DNA of 61,946 nucleotides from Rozella allomycis CSF55 (GCA_000442015.1 KE560847.1:1-61946), one strand, 5' to 3'. Shown: positions 40,421-52,685, counted from the first letter of the stretch. Made by a program: numbers and translations. Notes: generated by a model not told the origin, from the letters alone.

Positions 40421-40569
40421 TGCAATATGGGCGGCAAAATTCTCGAAAATTCACAAAAATTGTTCATGTATTGTAACTTTGTTAAACTATTTGTTGAGAA
40501 TTAAATAACTAAATAATTGAATACAGAATAAATGACATTGGAAACACGAAACTTGAAATTTCGTTAATT

Positions 40570-41153
40570 ATGAATTTACGTATATTCTTGACATTTTACG
40601 CTCTTTTTATATCGCCTACAGTAATGAAATATTCATGTTTAAAGTGTAAAAGACATCCAATTGCATTGTTAAACTTATGAATGTTGAAATGAACGCAAAC
40701 GTTATCGACCTTCAGAAAGATCACCTTCAGTTACCTTTACCAAAACACATTGAAGGATATCCAGTGTAATAATTTCTCTGTGTGAATTTAGATCAAAAAT
40801 TTCTTTAATAGTAAATGAAAATACTATTGCGACATGCTCTTTTGGTCCTTGGGATGATGTCTATTTAGGATTCGAAAGTTCAAGTGATAAATGTCCATCA
40901 CAGATTTATTGCTCACACAATAGCGAAGCAGCTAATTCATCTTCATCCCGTAAATTGCGACTTTTGAGGCGTGAAGTTAATGTTGTCAACCCCACAATAT
41001 TCTATAAGGAACCTGAAGTTACAAAGGGCGATGAAACCCAAAATTTTATGATAAAGTATGTAAGAGCAATTAAAATATTGTTAAAAGTGGTACATAATCC
41101 TCCCAATGCTGTTTATTTTGTTAATGGGGTCTCCCAATGCAAATTCTGAATAA
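40570..41153 (+). CDS. EMC10: ER membrane complex subunit EMC10-like
   Basis: Manual splicing of three short introns gives a signal peptide (MNLRIFLTFYALFISPT) and a C-terminal NFMIKYWYIILPMLFILLMGS, matching the EMC10 'SFF.KYW.YI.P' TM segment. Confidence 0.7.
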
Positions 41154-41157
41154 TAAA

Positions 41158-42261
41158 TTAATCATTCTCCTCATAATCATGATATCTAGGTCTATTTGCC
41201 AATTCAAGAAAATTTAATTCCTCTGAATGTTTTACCATCGCACTTTGTTGAGGACTTTCACTTTCAGTTTCAGCAGAGTCATTTGTACACCAAACTTCAA
41301 CCACATCAATTTGAAAATTTTCTTCACAAGAAAGACGACTGTTTCCATATGTAGTTGATTTTGGATTGGCTTTTGAATGTCCAGATTCAAAAGATGATTC
41401 AATCCACAGACCAAAATAGTGGAACTGACCGCCAAATCCAATGCCATTAGGAAGAGACTGTTTGTTATAATTTAAATACATAAAGTTATTGTTTATTCCC
41501 GTAGGCTTAAAGACTTTTAGTTCAGGGTGAAGCTGAAATAAGAAACCGTCCCCGCTACCATAAAAATTGGGATTCATTTTCCAAATATCACAAGTAAATC
41601 CTCCAAAGATGTAACCTTTTGAATCTTTGACAACAATAATGGTCGACCCACGCAGAGAATTGACAAATTGAATCCAAGATTTGCCATCTCTCTCTGATAA
41701 AAAAGTTCTTTGCCATTTATTTCTATATTCTGGTCTTAAATGGGTGCTAATTCCAAGTATACTAAATTTATCCATCAAAGTTGACTCCCTTGAAAGTTCT
41801 GGAATCCCTAAATACTCGTCGACTAAACTCATTGGCACATCCAAAAACAGAAATAGGGACGAATGAAAGATTTTAGCAACACAAGCATTCTCAATCACTA
41901 AGCTAAATTCCTTTTTTTCACAATGGGATTTAATTAACTTCGTAACTTTGGCACTTTCTTGCAAATGCGCAGTTCCGATGATTTCAATAAGAATATTGTA
42001 TTCATCAGAGTTTCTTTTAACCGATATATTTTTTAGAAATCTTTGAGTATATTCAATATTTTTTAAAACAAAATAAACACCATTTTTAACATTTCCTTGG
42101 CCGATTTCGATTAACTCGTCAAATACATCTTGCTTCAAGGGATCTTGACTATGAGCCCGGTCAAATGCATTAATGTGTATAGTTTCCAAAATTTTAGCTT
42201 CAGTTTTAGTAATAGTTGTGTAATCTGGCTCATTATTCGAAGAAGAAGTCGAATTTCCCAT
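41158..42261 (-). CDS. TLDc-domain protein (MEAK7/Rtc5-like), N-myristoylation signal
   Basis: MGNSTS N-terminus and a TLDc domain (IFGGF, FYGSGDGFLF, NNNFMYLN, GIGFGG, VEVW). Intronless. Confidence 0.9.
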   Translation of the reverse strand: MGNSTSSSNNEPDYTTITKTEAKILETIHINAFDRAHSQDPLKQDVFDELIEIGQGNVKNGVYFVLKNIEYTQRFLKNISVKRNSDEYNILIEIIGTAHLQESAKVTKLIKSHCEKKEFSLVIENACVAKIFHSSLFLFLDVPMSLVDEYLGIPELSRESTLMDKFSILGISTHLRPEYRNKWQRTFLSERDGKSWIQFVNSLRGSTIIVVKDSKGYIFGGFTCDIWKMNPNFYGSGDGFLFQLHPELKVFKPTGINNNFMYLNYNKQSLPNGIGFGGQFHYFGLWIESSFESGHSKANPKSTTYGNSRLSCEENFQIDVVEVWCTNDSAETESESPQQSAMVKHSEELNFLELANRPRYHDYEEND

Positions 42262-42281
42262 TTGGAAATTTTGTAAAGTAC

Positions 42282-42692
42282 ATGTCGGTAACTTTCAGTT
42301 TTTCTTAAAACAAGGCCGCAGAAACAAAGAGAAACTTAGAGGCACCAAATGAAAAAGCTGCTAAAAAATCAAAAAAGGAATACCAAAAAATAGACACCGT
42401 TCAAGACAAAGAATATAAAGCCTTCATGAACGATATTCGGCAAGATGATAATGACGAAGACACCCTGGAAGTAGAAATCATGAAGGCCAGATGGGATACC
42501 ATGGACGAAATGCAAACCCAAGATTTTATATTGAAAATACAAAATATAAGAAACAGTATTAAGGTCAAGGAAGGTAAATCAAATGATAGCAAATTTGAAA
42601 ATAATAAAAATAAAGAAGTAGATATCGATATCAGCGAAGGAGACGTAGAAGACGACGATGAAGATGATCTTTGGAGAATGATTAGGAAATAA
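42282..42692 (+). CDS. Small acidic protein resembling the ZNF830/CCDC16 C-terminal domain
   Basis: ATG TCG, a 27-nt intron, then DKEYKAFMNDI...EDDDEDDLWR (cf. ZNF830 DKEW.EFQK...DWR). Confidence 0.5.
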
Positions 42693-42792
42693 TGAGCAAA
42701 GAATACATCTTTTTTATATTATAAATACCGTATCCAATGATTATTGATTAACAATAAATGCTTGATTTAGACTCTTATTTCGAAATTTTCTA

Positions 42793-43596
42793 ATGCCAAA
42801 ATTTAGTCCTACCAGGTGCAAAGTGCAATTAAAACTAGCGATTAATCGTATAAAATTGTTCCAGTCAAAAAAACAATCCTTGAACCAAAATCAAAGACGT
42901 GAAATAGCAGATTTACTAGAAAATAACAAAATCGAAAGTGCCAAGATCAGAGTATTTGAGTATCAGTTCAAAAAGTTAGGTAGAAAATATAATTCGAGAA
43001 GATTATATGCTTGAAGTTCTTGAGATCTTACAACTATATTGTGAGACACTAATTGCTCGCTTTGGATTATTGGAACACATGTCAGTGTGTGACCCAAGTA
43101 TTGAGGAAGCCATTAAAACACTAATCTACGCAGCCCCCAGATCTGAAGTGCAGGAGCTTCTTGTACTCAGGGATATGTTTTTGTGCAAATATGGCAAAGA
43201 TTTTGTTAAAGACGTGGTAGAGAATAACCAGAATGTAAATGAAAGAGTAAGAGACAGTCTCACTCGACAAAGATTGTTCAAAAGCTTAAAATACAGACCC
43301 CTGACCCGTTACTGGTAAATCAATATTTGATTGAAATTGCAAAAGCATTTAATGTTGTCTACGATTCTTCAAGGTTCAATGAGCCAAGTTTGACAAGCAA
43401 TAACTCTATCATGATGCCGGTAATGGCACCTGTAAACTATCAGGAACAAGTATTTAAATTGCCAATAGAGAGTGGTACATGCAAATCTAGTGAATTTGAA
43501 ACACCAACACCGAAATATGAAGGTTCATCAGAATCAGGAAACGCGATTGATTTTGACGAATTATCAAAGCGCTTTGAAATGCTCAAAAAGAAATAA
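42793..43596 (+). CDS. IST1: ESCRT-III-associated Ist1
   Basis: KVQLKLAINRI, RREIADLL, ARIRVENIIRED-like segment, LIYAAPR and C-terminal MIM DFDELSKRFEMLKK. Confidence 0.95.
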
Positions 43597-43681
43597 ATGG
43601 AATTGTCATTGGAATTTATTAAAATAATTTGTCGTAAATAATCTGACCTGTAAACAAACTCCGAATTTCCGTTAAATTGAA

Positions 43682-45059
43682 ATGACAAATAATGATGAGA
43701 TGCTAACCGCCAACATTGATGCTCCTAATATCGCAACAAGAGAAAATCAGAAGCGCAAAAATAAAGCGATGCAAATAGGTAATACCAGTTTTTCAAAGAA
43801 AATTAGGGAACCTTAATACTACTTTCCAACATCTTCATTTAACTTCTGTGATTTTGGAAGGTTCGAAAAAAAATGAAGACATTCCTTCTAATAATGAAGA
43901 TATAGATCTTGATCTGGACTCCTCAAATTCTTCCATTAAACAAGAAATAGAGAATGATGGAAAGCTTACTAGGAACGAGATAAATGGCGCTCAGATAGAA
44001 TCGATTATATCGCCCAAAATAAATATTGAGAGTTTAGGTCTAGCCGAATCGTTTGATCCATCAACGATTGTTGAAAACACAAAAAATGGAAGCGAGAAAG
44101 CTCTTTACAACGACATTAATAATATAATCTACAAGTATTTCTAATTTAATATTCCATTCCATAGTGGCCCTGCACATGGGCAAAAAATTCTCTGCAGAAT
44201 TGTTCGAAGAAAGAATGGAGTTGATGCAATGCACCCAATTTATGACTTGATGATGGAATCTAATGACGGAAGTACTGTATTTTTGCTTTCTGCAAGAAAA
44301 CGTAAAAAGAGCAAGAATGCAAATTATTTCATATCGGACAGGCGAATAGAGTCCACAAAATCGAAAGATCATGGAGTCGGGAAGGTCAGGTACGTATTGT
44401 TTCGTTTCTTTACTTTGATCCAATTTTCTAGGGACTACTTTTACCGTTTATGACAATGGCATTAATCCATTTAAAGTCGATGGCATAATCAAAGAAAAGG
44501 GTCAAAAACCAAGACAAGAAATATGCTCTGTTTTATATGTAAGTTACCGCACTTGATTTTCATCAGGAACCCAACGTCTTGGGTTTTAAAGGCCCTAGAA
44601 AGATGACAATACTTCTTCCAAGTATGCTTCAGGGAGGTATTAGGACAATAATTCAACCACGCATAGTAATTGATGCTAATAATATTGTTGACAGAAATCT
44701 GAAACTATTTTAGAAAGATATAAAGAAAATCAATTAGATGATATATTGACTTTATACAACAAATCTCCCCAATGGAATGAAGGTATCACATGATATTAAA
44801 AGGTACATGTAGAAACTCAATCATACGTCCTGAATTTCAATGGCAGGGTTACAATGGCAAGCGTTAAAAACTTTCAAGTCGTCCACAAGAACGATCGTAA
44901 AATATCCGTTTTTTACGTTAACAAGTGGATTATGTCGTTCTTCAGTTTGGAAGGGTTTCTCCTGATGTATTCACAATGGATTTTCAATATCCTTTGAATG
45001 CTTTACAAGCATTTGGGATTGCTCTGACAAGTTTTGACGCAAAGTTAGCGTGTGAATAA
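43682..45059 (+). CDS. Tubby-domain protein (TULP)
   Basis: [45 protein letters not shown] and [17 protein letters not shown]. Confidence 0.95.
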
Positions 45060-45165
45060 AGATTCTCGTTTTTCATTTAATTTATATAAAATTTGCTAGT
45101 CATTGAATAGTTTTTTAGCTTTAAATTTTAAATGTCTGGGGTTCAAACATACACTGAAATTTTCA

Positions 45166-45502
45166 ATGTCGAATAGCAAGTCGGAATCAATCAAGAACGC
45201 ATTAAAATTGCTTTATTTTCCAGCATTTATGTCCGGTATTAATTTAATCGCGTAAAGAAAATAGGAATTGCACTCATGTTTGGTTCTCTCGGTGGAATGC
45301 TCTTTGCAACAGCCAGGAAAGATACCAAAGCGTTAATCAGGTATAGCTACGGAAAAATGATTGGTGCAGGGCTTTCTGTTTCCTTGTTCTATGTTCCCAG
45401 AATTGGTATGATTATTATATGATAATTACAGGGCACGTAGTTTATGACATGAATGATATAGTTTTCACTCGCATCAAAAACGAAATTAATAATACCTTCT
45501 AA
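45166..45502 (+). CDS. Small hypothetical two-TM protein (not in ORF track)
   Basis: Two short introns splice in frame to MSNSKSESIKNALKLLYFPAFMSGIALMFGSLGGMLFATARK...GKMIGAGLSVSLFYVPRIGH...NNTF*. Confidence 0.6.
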
Positions 45503-45792
45503 TAAAAGTAGTTTGAATCCATTAATGAATTAGCCTATACATTTTATTCCATTATATGATTCAAAATTTATTTCATCAATCGAGCGAACACAAATAGTCA
45601 AGTAACTTAGTTGAATTTTCTTTGATTACATCATTGTTTGACATCTTAAAAACAATGCATTGTATCTTGTCATTTGTAATGCTCTGAGCGTTTGAAATAG
45701 AGGTTTTCTCATACTGTTTTAAAATGTCTTTTTGTTCATCTCTAGATAACCATACATATTTCGATTTACGACAGCTTNATACATATTTCCAT

Positions 45793-46716
45793 TTACGACA
45801 GCTTTAAATTTGTGTCGAATATAACTAGTACATATAAATTTCCTGAAGAGTTTCCACTACAGGTTTGGAGCGGCTTTACCGCACTCATCTTTACCACATC
45901 AAAAATAGATCCAAGCTCTTTGTTTGCATTTTGTACATTTTCATGTAAACGTGAATTTTCATCACATAAAACCAATATCTTTGATTTAAAAACGTTTCCC
46001 ACGCTTTGCTCAGAATAAGAATTAATCAAGTCATTCAAAATGTCATCCTTTTGATCATCCAAGCTAAACAAGGTTTTTTCATATTGAGACAATTGACTCA
46101 TGAATCCAACGTTTGGACATATCGAATTTCTTATTTGTTTAACATGATCATATGATTTTTGCATTCTCCAACCTTTAACCTTCATCACATATGCAATTGC
46201 AATCGTTGGTGACCTAGATATCCCCAAAGTGCAATGTATTAAAGCATTTCTACTTCTACTTTTGGCTTTATCTTATTTTGAAATCTAGTCATAGGTACCA
46301 AGAAATTCAAAGCATTTGGGCAAATAGTTCAAAATATCCTGATCGAAATAATCTTGAAAGTCAAAATGGCAATATTCAATATCGTCATCGTTCTCGAATG
46401 CATTTTTGGCTTCTTTTGAAACATTCAACACAAAGGAGATATTATTTTCCTTTATGAAAGAAATGTCATGCGCGTCGCGCTCGCTACCCAACCAAAGTCC
46501 TGGAAGGATGAGTGAGGGTGCAGTTTTTATATTTGAAGAACTTTTTGCATATATCGGTGATGGATTTTGTTCTTCATGTAATGCTTGTACACACTATTCA
46601 TTTTACTAAATATTATATGTTACTTTTGACTCTGCCAAAGTCTGTGACAAACGATCAGTCTCTATAATCAAATTGGAATTCCTTTTTAATTTAGTAGCCC
46701 TAGGCTGTAAAGACAT
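45793..46716 (-). CDS. Dual-specificity protein phosphatase
   Basis: PSLILPGLWLGS, VLNVS, IHCTLGISRSPT and ICPNVGFMSQL. The 3' end is uncertain because it abuts an assembly junction at 45778. Confidence 0.9.
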
Positions 46717-46805
46717 TCGGAGTTTTGTAAATTTGTCAAACAAGAAAACATCAAAGTGTTACAATAATAAAATAGACTTTGATTTATGTAAGAATATGAA
46801 TTTAT

Positions 46806-47244
46806 TTAAAAACGGAGTTTGCTAAAAAACCATTTGTGGGAACCGGTGGCATAACTAAATCACAACAAGAAATTATATTTACGCATCTTCAAGGATCTTT
46901 CTGACCTTTTTGCGCACTTCTTGGCGTTGAGCAGCGTCTTGGATAGCTTCATGCTTTACAACTTTAGACAAATCGACGTTAAAGCTGTAACGGGTTGGAA
47001 GCATGTGAGAATGGTTAATAACCTTTACGAAAGGCTTAACTCTTGATCTTCTAGCAACTCTTTTTTGTCCCATAGAGCTGGTGATTTTAAGAGGGCATCT
47101 TTCAACACCGACTACCAAGCAGTGTCCTGCGCGTTTTTTGTCGCCAGTTTTTTCGTCAAAGTTTTCAACGACAACAGCTTTTTTTCCTGCAAAACGGCCA
47201 TTAAGTATAACAACAGCTTTCCCTTGCTTGATGAAGCTAACCAT
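46806..47244 (-). CDS. RPL27: 60S ribosomal protein eL27
   Basis: GRFAGKKAVV, RSRVKPFVKVINHSHMLPTRY and C-terminal WFFSKLRF. Confidence 0.97.
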
Positions 47245-47511
47245 TTTTTCTTTTGGACAGGGGTACCCCGAAATTTCTGAATGGAATTTTGTTTATTCAA
47301 AACTTCAGACATTAATTTGCTCAGAATAGATACTTGTTCTTGCAAACTTTTTACTTTGAAATCCTGTCTAAGTTTCTTGGTTTTCTAGGATACTATTCCC
47401 TAGGTAATTCAAATATACCTAAATATATGCGCATGGTTTTTAAACGCTAAATAAAATCTAATGCATATTTACTTTTAACAAAGTTATAAATTTCAGTTTT
47501 CGCGTTTGGCG

Positions 47512-49052
47512 ATGGACAAGGCCGGGCCAACTGAATCCGATCAATCTATAATTCCTCTCATCAAATCGGACACTTCTGAGGAAGAGAAAAGTTTTAAGGA
47601 CAATAAGTCACAAAAGACCCTTTCGAATAATTACTATACGGCAACTAAACAGCCTCCAAAGACGGACAATAGTATCTTGGAAGCAATGACTATTGACCAA
47701 CGTTGGAAAATGGCCTCTAGAAGTCCATCTCCAAATAATATAAAAAGTTCAAGCACTAAAGAATATACGACAAACGACATTGAATTATTTGATATATGTA
47801 TCCCTGTTTCTAATGAGAATGGTGATGGTATAAACTATACGGTGCTTGAGGGGCAATTCAGCTTTTTGGAGAAGAACTTACCAGTCACCGAAGCCAAAGA
47901 GTTGCTTAAGCAGAAATCACACAAATTGGATGTATATAATGTTGTAATAGTGACAACTTAGGTGTATGAAGACGAGGAGAAATTTACACTATATTCCTTT
48001 AACACGGGCCTCTTTCAGGCGCATTCATTCGAAAATCTCGGGGAGGGATTCCTACCCGGTCTCCTTAAAGAAGGCGGTTTTTGGATTGACGTATGCGATC
48101 CCTCAGTAGAAGAAATGACATTTCTAGCCAAAGTAATATACTTCTTATCCTTTCACAATCAGCTCTTTAACCTTCACCCTTTAACCACCGAAGATATTAT
48201 ATGTAATGAATCAAGGGAAAAATGCGAAGTTTTTGAAAACTACATATTTACTTGTGTGAAATCATTTGAACAACGGGCTTATGATCCAATGCAATTGTTT
48301 CCGCTTGATATATTTATTGTAATGTTTGATACCCATGTTATAACTATTCACAGAAATATCATTCCTCATGTAAAAAATGTTATGAAAAGAATGGACAAGT
48401 TATTTTTGTACCTAAAAATATCAGCGGATTGGGTGGTTTATGCCATGCTAGATGATATTGTTGATGCCTTTATGCCTTACATGCAATCGATTGAACTAGA
48501 AGTTGAATCCATAGATGATTTGGTCCTAGTCCTTACTGAACATGATCAGCACGATATGTTGAGACGTATTGGTGTTGCACGAAAGAGAGTGACCACCCTG
48601 CAGAGATTCCTCAAAATTAAGACCGATATAATAAAAGTTCTAACAAAGAGGGTACCTGATCGTTTAAACAGTCATACTTTGTTATACTTAAGAGACATCA
48701 ATGACCATGTTATAAGCAATATACAGAATTTGGAGCATTTTAACGAGACTTTAAATAGGTCTCATGGAAATTATTTGGCCCAAATTAGTATAGAAATAAC
48801 TCAGGCATCGAATAGAATGAACGTTGTAATGAAAAAAATGACAGCATGGGGATCAGTTTTATTGCCACTGTCATTGGTAGCAGGTACAATTGTAAAATTT
48901 TGTTGAAAGGTATTTGGGGAATGAATGTTCACGTTCCAGGCCAGCCTGGTGCATCGGATGAATCTTTGATCCCTTTCTTTTTGGTCTTAATAGGAATGTT
49001 CACGATTGCAGTCATCATCTTTATGGCCTTAAAAACACGTCGTTGGTTTTAA
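47512..49052 (+). CDS. CorA-family Mg2+ transporter (Alr1/Mnr2-like)
   Basis: FWIDV, LHPLTTEDI, DWVVYAMLDDIVDAF, LNRSHGNYLAQISI and the GIWGMN signature. Confidence 0.92.
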
Positions 49053-49205
49053 CACTAATAAATATTTTTCCATAAAAGTTTGATAAAAATGAAAAAAGTA
49101 GCACCAGGGTTGCTAATTGCTTGGTTTCAAAGCTCGAAACCCATATTCCACCTAATCTCTTGTTTGACCTTTAAATAATATTTTTCACTATCAAATATCA
49201 TATAT

Positions 49206-50668
49206 ATGACTACTCACGCCTATTTTCGAGAGACGATGTTGTCAGCATCTCCCCATTTGAATGCCAACCAGACGATATTTTCTACTTCTGAAAGTCTAGA
49301 AGACATTGTAACACTTTGCAATGCCAATTTTGAAGATTTAGATGAAGAAAGCATTAGTTTGGACGAAAGGTACCTACAATTTTTGTTTATTGATTTTAGT
49401 GTAATGATGGTTGTGACACCCAAAAAAAATAATCAATCAAGAGATTTATTTTTTGAAAACTGCTTGGTTGACTCCCCAATGGATATGGACTCACCAGACC
49501 AGCCATTCTCGTAAGTGAATTTTCGATATTTCTTTGTTTATTTTTTCGTTATAAAACCAATATTTCTCAAAACAAAACAATCTTACTCTAGATTAAGAGT
49601 TGAAAAAGAGCCAGAAATGAGCCATGCCAGCCCTACTTTTAATGTTCGTAGATCTGTAAATAAGACAATGAGATTGCCTAAGTAATTAGTAGATTATTGA
49701 AATATTCAGGTATCCAAATAAACAAGTCAAATCTATGCATTGGAAGCCTCATTCACCAATGAAATTTAACAACGAATCCTTACAGTTACTCACAAAAGGC
49801 GATATTGACCTAGCCACTGCTAACGAAACTCCGATCGAAAAGCTCCGACTTCCACTAAAGGACGTCCAAAACAAACCCAGAACAATTCGCAGGGCTCAAA
49901 GTCAATGTTACACAGAGGAAGCATTTGTCAATATCAAAGCGGATTCGAAATGTCTTCAAGTTGACGAATCATTGACCAAGCCACTCCTTCCATCGCTGGA
50001 TGTAGGAAAAGATGCTATAAAAAGGGTTACACCATCAACTGTAATGAAATAGCAAATTTATAAATTTTAGATTGTCGATTTGTTGCAAGGGAAATTTTCT
50101 AATGAGATAGATGAGTTCTTTATTATAGACTGCCGATTTCCTTATGAATTTCAAGGGGGACATATAATTGGCGCAAAAAATATAAACACAATAGAAGAGC
50201 TAGAGACCCAATTTTTGAATAGCCCAATTACTGACAGGAAAGTAGCCATAATTTTTCATTGTGAATTCTCATCACATCGAGCACCCCGTATGGCTTTGCA
50301 TTTAAGAAGAGAAGATAGAAACAAAAATAAGTATCCCAATCTCTTTTATCCTGATCTCTATATCTTACAAGGTGGATATAGAGCATTCTTCCATGAGTAC
50401 AAAGTATCAATTTTTTTAGTTACATATGTAGGCCCACTGCTTTCCTCAACGCTATGTAGAAATGAAAGATTCCACTTTTAAAGACGACTGCAAAAAGGAA
50501 ATGACGTCTTTCAGAAAGAACTGGAAACGGTCAAAATCTGTTTCTGACGTTCCTTGTGGTTTTCATCAAATGTCCTCCATGATGGGTTTTGGCACCGAAA
50601 ATATAAACAACGATGAACTTTCTTCCGACGACGACAATCCAATCCAAAATAATAACTTGTTTGAATAA
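49206..50668 (+). CDS. CDC25: Cdc25/Mih1 M-phase inducer phosphatase
   Basis: IIDCRFPYEFQGGHI, FHCEFSSHRAP and LFYPDLYILQGGY. Confidence 0.95.
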
Positions 50669-50702
50669 ATATAAACTTTTGTAATATTAAAAGTGTATAT
50701 GT

Positions 50703-51308
50703 TCATTTATTCAGTAAACAGAATTTGTATTTCACGCCTTTATCGTTTACATATCCTTCTTCATCTAGTAAATTTCGTTTGTTAACGAAATCTAAAACTG
50801 ACACGGTGATATCCTGCTTCCCGGGAAATTGAGTGTGAATTTGATTCATGTCTATAAATGTGTCGCATTCAAATTCACTCGATACTTCCGTTAGCAAAAT
50901 TGACTCGATAGTGTCGTTGTGGAAATTTAGCATCTTTTCATATAAATAACCTCCCCCGATAACAAAAACATTTCCATCAGAAACCAATTTTAATGCATTT
51001 TCAATCGACGTCGCGTGAATGACATCCTTGTGCTCGCATTCAAATCCATTTCTACTTAACACGATATTTGTTCTATTTGGCAGAGGTCTAAACTTTTCAG
51101 GAATGGAGAACCATGTGTTTTTACCCATTATAACTGTACTCGGAACGTTGGATTCAATCGACCAAGAATTTTCACAGCTTGTTGTAATCTTTTTAAAGAA
51201 AGCCATATCTGCAGACAAAGATTTACCACATTTTTGCCAAGGAAGTTTGCCGTCACAACCTATACCGCCATCTTTTGTTGAGGCAACAATCATATATGTC
51301 CTGACCAT
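50703..51308 (-). CDS. DFR1: Dihydrofolate reductase (monofunctional, intronless)
   Basis: GIG.DGKLPW, DMAFFKKIT, VIMGKNTW.SIP.KFRPL.NR.NIVLS and FVIGG. Confidence 0.95.
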   Translation of the reverse strand: MVRTYMIVASTKDGGIGCDGKLPWQKCGKSLSADMAFFKKITTSCENSWSIESNVPSTVIMGKNTWFSIPEKFRPLPNRTNIVLSRNGFECEHKDVIHATSIENALKLVSDGNVFVIGGGYLYEKMLNFHNDTIESILLTEVSSEFECDTFIDMNQIHTQFPGKQDITVSVLDFVNKRNLLDEEGYVNDKGVKYKFCLLNK

Positions 51309-51370
51309 TCAGGTAATTCAGCAATTTTACAAAACTAGATTCAAGTAAAAAAATTACTCGGAAGCTTTAA

Positions 51371-51549
51371 GAGCCTTCTTCAACTAAAAAGTCGACTTTT
51401 AGTCATTTTTATGTGCTCCGGTGAACTGTAAGACAACATAATGTAAAAATCGAAGTGGTGTTTTATTAACTTCATACTTGAAGCACTCATCCACTTTTTA
51501 TTAACTTTTTATCGACTTAGAAAAGCGACTTTTTAGTTGAAGAAGGCTC
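51371..51549. mobile_element. PIF/Harbinger (Tourist-like) MITE, 179 bp
   Basis: Perfect 24-bp TIRs (GAGCCTTCTTCAACTAAAAAGTCG at 51371-51394 and its reverse complement at 51526-51549), flanked by TAA on both sides. Confidence 0.85.
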
Positions 51550-51602
51550 TAAGTAACCAATAAAAAAGTAGATATATCAAAAAAAATTATCGAGTAACGT
51601 TT

Positions 51603-52685
51603 TTATATTTTACCGACTTTTTTCTCTATTTGATTGTATTTGTTCAACCTGTTTTTTATATCCAGCCCAATATGATCATAACACGAGGAACACAGTGGCT
51701 TTTTATCCCAGTTGAAGAACTTTGTAGATAATGACAAATTGTCTCCACATCCAAAACAAATGAAGTGATTTGGGCACCATTTTCTGTCAACAGCACTAAT
51801 TACTTATAAAACAAACAAAATAGACTTACTATTGCTAGATATAGCCAGGTAACAAAATCCACAGATAGTTCTAGTTATTTCGGCAAAATGTAGGTGACAA
51901 TATATGTTATTTTGAAATTCTACGCATTGCGTAATACCTAGAGGGATCTTGCATGTTGCACATACGAAATGCTCAATAAGACACATCTATTTACTTACTT
52001 CGGGATGAAAAGAATTACCGCCATATGACGTGCTAATACCTTGAATAGGATTCTTACAAGAATGGCAAACCGGGAATGATAACTTTATAAAATCATCTTG
52101 GCAATACCATCGATTGTTTAAGCACTGGGCATTTCTATTTAAATCTTTATTGCAGACATTGCATTTAAAATGATAAGGGTGAGCCTTAACTTTCTGGTTC
52201 TCTTCGCCATTTACAAGGAGATAATCCTCGTTCAAATTTGAAAAACAAATGGAGCAAATATTTTTGTCATGCGAATCAGGCTTGCGCTTTGAAGAGTCAA
52301 AGCACGGCTTGCAAACGACAGAGTTTGTATTCTTCAATTTAATAAACACTGATCCACTTAATTTTGAGTTGCATATATTGCAAATAAAGTGCTCTGGGTG
52401 GAATTTAACTCCAAGCGCTGATATACACTTACCTTGAATTATTTGAGAGCATCGAGCACATCTCGAAACAAATATCTTATTATAATCTTCTTCACAATAT
52501 AGAAGGTCATTATTTTCCAAAACATTAGAGTTGACATCAAAAAGGACCAAACATGACGTACATCTAATTTGTGCTTGAAAGTACTACTACCTGTAACAAG
52601 AATGATGGTATTTCCTCCCATTATTTTCCATGAAGTTGTTATTCTGGATAGAATTTTTGCAACTAAAGCATATTGAATCCTCCAT
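51603..52685 (-). CDS. Five-LIM protein, PINCH/LIMS-like
   Basis: Tandem LIM domains. The last (WCPNHFICFGC..LSLSTKFFNWDKKPLCSSCY...IKNRL) matches the PINCH LIM5 and tail pattern. Confidence 0.75.

Noticed and set aside
45752-45804. 26-bp tandem duplication at the DSP 3' end
   Set aside because: It flanks a single N and is best explained as an unmerged contig overlap.
50703-51308. Intronless DHFR as horizontal transfer
   Set aside because: Motifs and length look eukaryotic, and other intronless genes occur in the window. There is no positive evidence for transfer.
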